Below, one piece after another: positions 60,263 to 64,000 of a stretch of DNA of 64,000 nucleotides. Position 1 is the first letter of the stretch. The number at the start of each line of letters is the position of its first letter. A program made the position numbers and the translations under genes. Source of the stretch: an uncultured Actinomycetota bacterium (GTDB taxonomy: Bacteria > Actinomycetota > UBA4738 > HRBIN12); assembly GCA_963778505.1 (NCBI GenBank), contig CAVZUH010000004.1, positions 717,607 through 781,606 of the forward strand, given 5' to 3'. The notes under the pieces are model-generated. The model did not search any database and was not told the DNA's origin. It was given only the letters and a program-made list of their open reading frames with translations.

Positions 60263-60799
60263 TCAGACCACCCAGTCCACGAAGGCGTCGTCCTCTTCGT
60301 CCTCCCCCGATGACCGCGACGCGCGCCACGCCGGTACCAGGAACAGCGCCGCGAGGAAGGCGACGTTGAACGCAAGCAGCCCCTGGACCCAGGGCTCCTC
60401 GAACCCCCGGTAGCACAACCGCGGCGAACAGGGCAGAGCCGCCCCCGCGTGGATCCCGAGGACAAGCCGCGTCCCGACGACGACGGTGCCGATCGCCAGG
60501 ACCAGCGCCATGGGGTATCGACCCAGCGGGCCGTGGGTTCCTAAGGCGAGCCCGGCGGCGAGGCCGAACCCGACCAGGCCGACGCTCCCCAGGGTGACCG
60601 CGCCGCGCACGAGGGTTTCGAGGTGGTCGCCTCCGTAGAGCCCCTTCAGCGGGTAAGCGAGGAAAGAACAGAACGAGGAACCGACCAACGCCGCCCCCGC
60701 CGCGGTCGCCCCGCCGAGGAGCAGGAGGACTGTTCCCACGAACAGGCAACCAAGGACCCACAGCTGCAGGAGATCCTGAGGCCAGATAGCAAACTCCAT
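60263..60799 (-). CDS. polytopic membrane protein, unknown function
   Basis: Intact 178-aa ORF with about five hydrophobic segments and an acidic tail SSGEDEEDDAFVDWVV. Confidence 0.6.
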   Translation of the reverse strand: MEFAIWPQDLLQLWVLGCLFVGTVLLLLGGATAAGAALVGSSFCSFLAYPLKGLYGGDHLETLVRGAVTLGSVGLVGFGLAAGLALGTHGPLGRYPMALVLAIGTVVVGTRLVLGIHAGAALPCSPRLCYRGFEEPWVQGLLAFNVAFLAALFLVPAWRASRSSGEDEEDDAFVDWVV

Positions 60800-60856
60800 C
60801 AGTCGGATGGAAGCACGCGCATTCGTCCTCGGGCAACGGCCGCTACAGAACCGTCA

Positions 60857-60894
60857 CGAACGTCTGCGGCCACCCGTACAGCTTGCAGATCCGG
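60857..60894 (-). repeat. orphan copy of the XRE 3-prime module (encodes ...RICKLYGWPQTFVTVL), abutting the tRNA-Ala 3-prime half
   Basis: 35 of 38 nt identical to 59209-59246. The upstream part of the gene is replaced by the tRNA fragment. Confidence 0.65.
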
Positions 60895-60926
60895 TCCCGT
60901 ACCGAAACGCCTCTGACCTGCGGGAG

Positions 60927-60971
60927 TGGACCCAAGGGGATTCGAACCCCTGACCTCTTGGCTGCCAGCCA
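60927..60971 (-). tRNA. tRNA-Ala(GGC) 3-prime portion (anticodon arm, variable loop, T arm, acceptor 3-prime strand)
   Basis: Minus strand TGGCTGGCAGCCAAGAGGTCAGGGGTTCGAATCCCCTTGGGTCCA. T stem AGGGG/CCCCT with T loop TTCGAAT. Confidence 0.7.
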
Positions 60972-61472
60972 GAACCGCCTAAACGGGTGTGCTGACCTGC
61001 ACAAACGCAGGTCGCGATTGGGCGGAAACGCCCAAGTTATGGGGTGAGAGAACCGCCTCCGGAACGGAGAGTCGGAGCTCGGTGAGCTCAGGTACGCAAG
61101 AGGTGACATGAGAACGTCAGCGTGCGTGAGGACACCTCGCCATCGGGTTCGATCCCTACTTTTCCTCACTCGTCACGTTCGACGTGGCCGACGCGATCGA
61201 GGATCGGCGCGACATCGACGTGCAGCTCGTCAGCGAGTTCGCGGATCGTTTCGGTCGTAAGGTCCAGCTTCGGAAGGATGTTGAGAAGCATCCGTCGCCC
61301 AGACCGGGTGTTCCGAGGGAGATGGTCAGCGCCCATTTCCGGCTCCCTTGCCTGCCACTTCTCAACGAGCAACATGCACACCTCTAGCCGCTCGTCTTTC
61401 GAAAGGCCAGACAATCGGGAATCTGGCTCCATGTAGGGATGCTAATTCACCGCCGTCCTCGCGGTGGACGAG
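60972..61472. mobile_element. 501-bp insertion splitting tRNA-Ala, bounded by 20-bp direct repeats (60952-60971 = 61473-61492)
   Basis: Removing one repeat plus the insert restores a perfect 73-nt cloverleaf. No recombinase lies inside. Its nature (integrated-element remnant or assembly artefact) is unresolved. Confidence 0.35.
61166..61432 (-). CDS. hypothetical 88-aa protein inside the tRNA insert
   Basis: MEPDSRLSGLSKDERLEVCMLLVEKWQ...LDLTTETIRELADELHVDVAPILDRVGHVERDE. No obvious RBS. Codon usage is less GC3-biased than the core genes. Confidence 0.3.
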   Translation of the reverse strand: MEPDSRLSGLSKDERLEVCMLLVEKWQAREPEMGADHLPRNTRSGRRMLLNILPKLDLTTETIRELADELHVDVAPILDRVGHVERDE

Positions 61473-61520
61473 GACCTCTTGGCTGCCAGCCAAGCGCTCT
61501 ACCAGCTGAGCTGTGGGCCC
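61473..61520 (-). tRNA. tRNA-Ala(GGC) 5-prime portion (acceptor 5-prime strand, D arm, anticodon arm, variable loop)
   Basis: Minus strand GGGCCCACAGCTCAGCTGGTAGAGCGCTTGGCTGGCAGCCAAGAGGTC. The sequence that follows (CTCGTCCACCGCGAGGACGGCGG) cannot form a T arm or acceptor stem. Confidence 0.7.
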
Positions 61521-61533
61521 GGAGAGGCCGAGT

Positions 61534-61944
61534 CTAACGGGCGGAGGAAACCGCGTCCGTCTCTTCCCAATCGAGTCGGGGAGCGTCGCGCCACAGTCGT
61601 TCGAGGTCGTAGAAGGCGCGCTCCTCCGGTCCGAAGACGTGCACCACCACGTCGATGTAGTCGAGGAGCCACCAGCCCGCGTCGCCCTCTCCTTCGCGCC
61701 GCGCCGGGCGGACATCGAGCTTGTCCTTCAAGACGCGCTCGATCTCGTCGACCACCGACTTGACCTGGCGGGTGGATCCCGCCGTGCAGATCACGAAGTG
61801 ATCCGTGATCACGATCAGCTCGCTGACGTTCAGGATGACGATGTCCTGGGCCTGCTTCGACGAGGCGGCTCGGGCGGCTGCGGCGGCCGTGTCGCGGCTC
61901 GGCGGGATCCGCCCGCCTCCCCGTTCCTGGTCCGTGCCCGTCAC
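61534..61944 (-). CDS. rsfS: ribosome silencing factor RsfS
   Basis: GTG 61944. ...DIVILNVSELIVITDHFVICTAGSTRQVKSVVDEIERVLKD...WWLLDYIDVVVHVFGPEERAFYDLERLW. Confidence 0.9.
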   Translation of the reverse strand: MTGTDQERGGGRIPPSRDTAAAAARAASSKQAQDIVILNVSELIVITDHFVICTAGSTRQVKSVVDEIERVLKDKLDVRPARREGEGDAGWWLLDYIDVVVHVFGPEERAFYDLERLWRDAPRLDWEETDAVSSAR

Positions 61945-63011
61945 CCGGTGAAGTCCTCCCCCACGATGATCGTGATGTCTCCGATACCCGATGGTACCTG
62001 CGAGACGCGAACGCGCCCCACCCCGAGCGCCCTCTTGATCCGGCGAGCATCGGCGATGGCACCGTCGCTGTTCGCGACCACGCGCGTTCGCTCGTACCCG
62101 AACAGGTCGGCGTTCTGCGACAGCACCACGCGGAACCCCAGCGGCAAGAGGACCGCCGCGACGTCCTGACCCAGGCCCGGGGCTCCGGACCCGTTCTGCA
62201 CGATCACCGGCACGGGGGTCCGGGATCCGAACAGTCGCGCGACCTGCCTGTCCAGGTCCGGCTGGCGCGGCACGGTGACGCTCCCCGCGACGGTCAGCGT
62301 CGGGAACGGCGCGATCGCCGCGCCGCGAGCGCCTCCCAGCACGCGCCGGACGCCGGCGATACCGTCCGTCTCGGCCAGATCCTCCCCGCCGAGACGGACG
62401 CGCTCCCGCAGGAGCGCTTGCACGACCGAGGCCCAACGGGCTTCGGCGCCGTCCTCCTCCAGGCTGAGCAGGGCAACGACCTGCTCGCCCGTCAAGCGGG
62501 CAGCGCCGGGGCCGAGGTTCCCTGCCTCCGTCACGAAGAACCCGGGTACCTCCACGCGGATCCCCTCGCCCCGATCCACGACGTCCGAGAGTCCTTCCAG
62601 ATCCATCACGGCCACGTGGTCCGCCCATGCCCCGAACGTGTTGGACACCGCGACCCGTACGGTCTCGGCCCCCAACCCGGCGACATCCGACGCCATCACC
62701 TCGCCCTCGCCGGGCACCGTGAGCATGAGGTCGAAAGGCACGCTGAAGAACCCGGGCCGCCGCTCCCCGCGACCGTCGCCGATCATGGCCAGCAACGGAT
62801 CGTGGGTGCCGACCACCTGCAGGATGAGCAACTCCGACGCCCCCCGGGCGCGACCGGCCCCGTCCGTCCCGTCAGGGCCACGTCCCGCCGCGTCGCCGAG
62901 CCGCGACACGCCGTACGCGGCGGCGGCCACCAGCGCCACGGCCACGACCGCGGCCGAGGCTCGGCGACGCCGCACGGCGGCACGTCGCGAGGCTCTCGTC
63001 GCCGCAGTCAT
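61941..63011 (-). CDS. LCP-like / LytR_C domain cell-envelope protein
   Basis: ATG 63011 (ATGA overlap with the nadD stop). TM AAVVAVALVAAAAYGV, a degenerate LCP-like core, and the C-terminal LytR_C signature VPVIVQNGSGAPGLGQDVAAVLLPLGFRVV... Confidence 0.75.
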   Translation of the reverse strand: MTAATRASRRAAVRRRRASAAVVAVALVAAAAYGVSRLGDAAGRGPDGTDGAGRARGASELLILQVVGTHDPLLAMIGDGRGERRPGFFSVPFDLMLTVPGEGEVMASDVAGLGAETVRVAVSNTFGAWADHVAVMDLEGLSDVVDRGEGIRVEVPGFFVTEAGNLGPGAARLTGEQVVALLSLEEDGAEARWASVVQALLRERVRLGGEDLAETDGIAGVRRVLGGARGAAIAPFPTLTVAGSVTVPRQPDLDRQVARLFGSRTPVPVIVQNGSGAPGLGQDVAAVLLPLGFRVVLSQNADLFGYERTRVVANSDGAIADARRIKRALGVGRVRVSQVPSGIGDITIIVGEDFTG

Positions 63012-63595
63012 CGGTACAGCCCCGCCTTCTCGATGTAGCTCTTCACGCCCTCGGGCACCAGGTACCGGATCGGCCCTCCCGCTTCCACGCGGGCACGGAT
63101 GTCGGTCGAGGAGATCGCGAGTGCCGGGATGTTCATCACGGTGACCGCGTCCTTCGCTGCACCGGGCACCTCGAACCCGGCCATGTCGTAGCCCGGCCGC
63201 GTCGCGGCGATGAAGCGGGCGAGCTCGAACAGCTCCGCCGCCTGCTTCCACTGGATCATCTCGAGGATCGCATCCGCACCGGTGACGAAGAAGAGATCGG
63301 CATCGAGATCTTCCTTCAGCGAGCGGAGCGTCTGGACCGTGTACGTCGGCCCGTCGCGATCCACCTCGATGCGAGAGACCGAGAACAGTGGATTGCTCGC
63401 CGTCGCGATCACCGTCATGAGGTAGCGGTCCTCGGCCGGCGAGACGACCTCGTGTTCCTTCATCCACGGCCGGCCGGTCGGTACGAAGAGCACACCCTCG
63501 AGGTCGAACTGCTCGAGCGCTTCCTCTGCCGTCACGAGGTGGCCGTAATGGATCGGATCGAACGTCCCGCCCATCACCCCCAGGCGTCGTCCCAC
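63008..63595 (-). CDS. nadD: nicotinate-nucleotide adenylyltransferase
   Basis: Intact 195-aa ORF, MGRRLGVMGGTFDPIHYGHLVTAEEA...ISSTDIR. Confidence 0.95.
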   Translation of the reverse strand: MGRRLGVMGGTFDPIHYGHLVTAEEALEQFDLEGVLFVPTGRPWMKEHEVVSPAEDRYLMTVIATASNPLFSVSRIEVDRDGPTYTVQTLRSLKEDLDADLFFVTGADAILEMIQWKQAAELFELARFIAATRPGYDMAGFEVPGAAKDAVTVMNIPALAISSTDIRARVEAGGPIRYLVPEGVKSYIEKAGLYR

Positions 63596-63604
63596 GTGCG
63601 AATC

Positions 63605-64000
63605 CTACGGCCGGTCGGCGCCCTGCTCCAGGAAGGCCCGCAGATCGGGTAGGTGCTCCTCGTAGTGCCTGGGGCCCGATTCCTCGAACCATTCCCAGGC
63701 GCTCGCATCCACGTCGGTGAGTCCGATGAAGGCCTGGCGCATCGCCAGACGCCCTTTCGCGAAGCGGATCCGAACGATGTCCTCGTCGATCCCCCGCCCC
63801 TCCTCGAACCACTCCTCGTTGAGGGCCTGGGTGTCCGGATCGCTCTCCCGATGCGTGCCTGCAGCGATCCGCCCGAGGACCGTGGCGGCCTCCCCGAACC
63901 AGGCCGCGACGTGATACATCACGTCTTTCGGCGACCATCCTTGGTCCGTGACCGACGGCTCGTCGAACCGCTCGGGCGGCACGTCCCCGAAGACCTCGGT
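63605..64000 (-). CDS. DinB/ClbS-like four-helix-bundle family protein (tentative), 5-prime end beyond the window
   Basis: The frame stays open to the window edge. ...GWSPKDVMYHVAAWFGEAATVLGRIAAG...WEWFEESGPRHYEEHLPDLRAFL. Confidence 0.5.
   Translation of the reverse strand, partial: TEVFGDVPPERFDEPSVTDQGWSPKDVMYHVAAWFGEAATVLGRIAAGTHRESDPDTQALNEEWFEEGRGIDEDIVRIRFAKGRLAMRQAFIGLTDVDASAWEWFEESGPRHYEEHLPDLRAFLEQGADRP

Noticed and set aside
61138-61165. T-arm-like motif CGGGTTCGATCCC on the plus strand inside the insert
   Set aside because: The flanking bases do not form a T stem or acceptor stem, and no D or anticodon arm lies upstream. It is not a tRNA or a tmRNA end.
60927-61520. Group I intron or genuine split-tRNA gene as the explanation for the interrupted tRNA-Ala
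   Set aside because: The interruption is after the variable loop, not in the anticodon loop. Both pieces carry the same 20-nt anticodon-arm segment, which is a duplication rather than a splice junction. I saw no complementary leader or trailer that could bring halves together.

Overview
High-GC, Actinomycetota-like chromosomal segment. Positions 1-46.1 kb and 61.5-64 kb form a conserved housekeeping block, mostly on the minus strand. It contains ppdK (partial), glyQS, uppS-recO, two aldehyde dehydrogenase genes, deoC and the run era-cdd-CBS/CorC-ybeY-phoH-HIT-dnaJ-hrcA with a CIRCE operator. It also contains lepA-hemW, rpsT, holA-comEC-comEA, leuS and nadD-LCP-rsfS. Less routine content in the same block: two ECF sigma factors, each translationally coupled to a single-pass beta-propeller protein; two Cys-type sulfatases; and a REC / HEAT-repeat / processive GT2 / PAS-GGDEF-EAL cluster. 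Positions 46.1-61.5 kb are a patchier accessory stretch that looks more AT-rich by eye. It holds small ORFs: repeat-rich secreted or basic proteins, small XRE regulators and their remnants, and DUF-type membrane proteins. It ends at a tRNA-Ala(GGC) gene split in two by a 501-bp insert flanked by a 20-bp direct repeat. The sequence carries dozens of single-base frame breaks, many in homopolymer runs and concentrated in blocks. I read these as consensus indel errors rather than real gene decay, so the gene spans below bridge them. No rRNA, CRISPR array, integrase or transposase was recognised.
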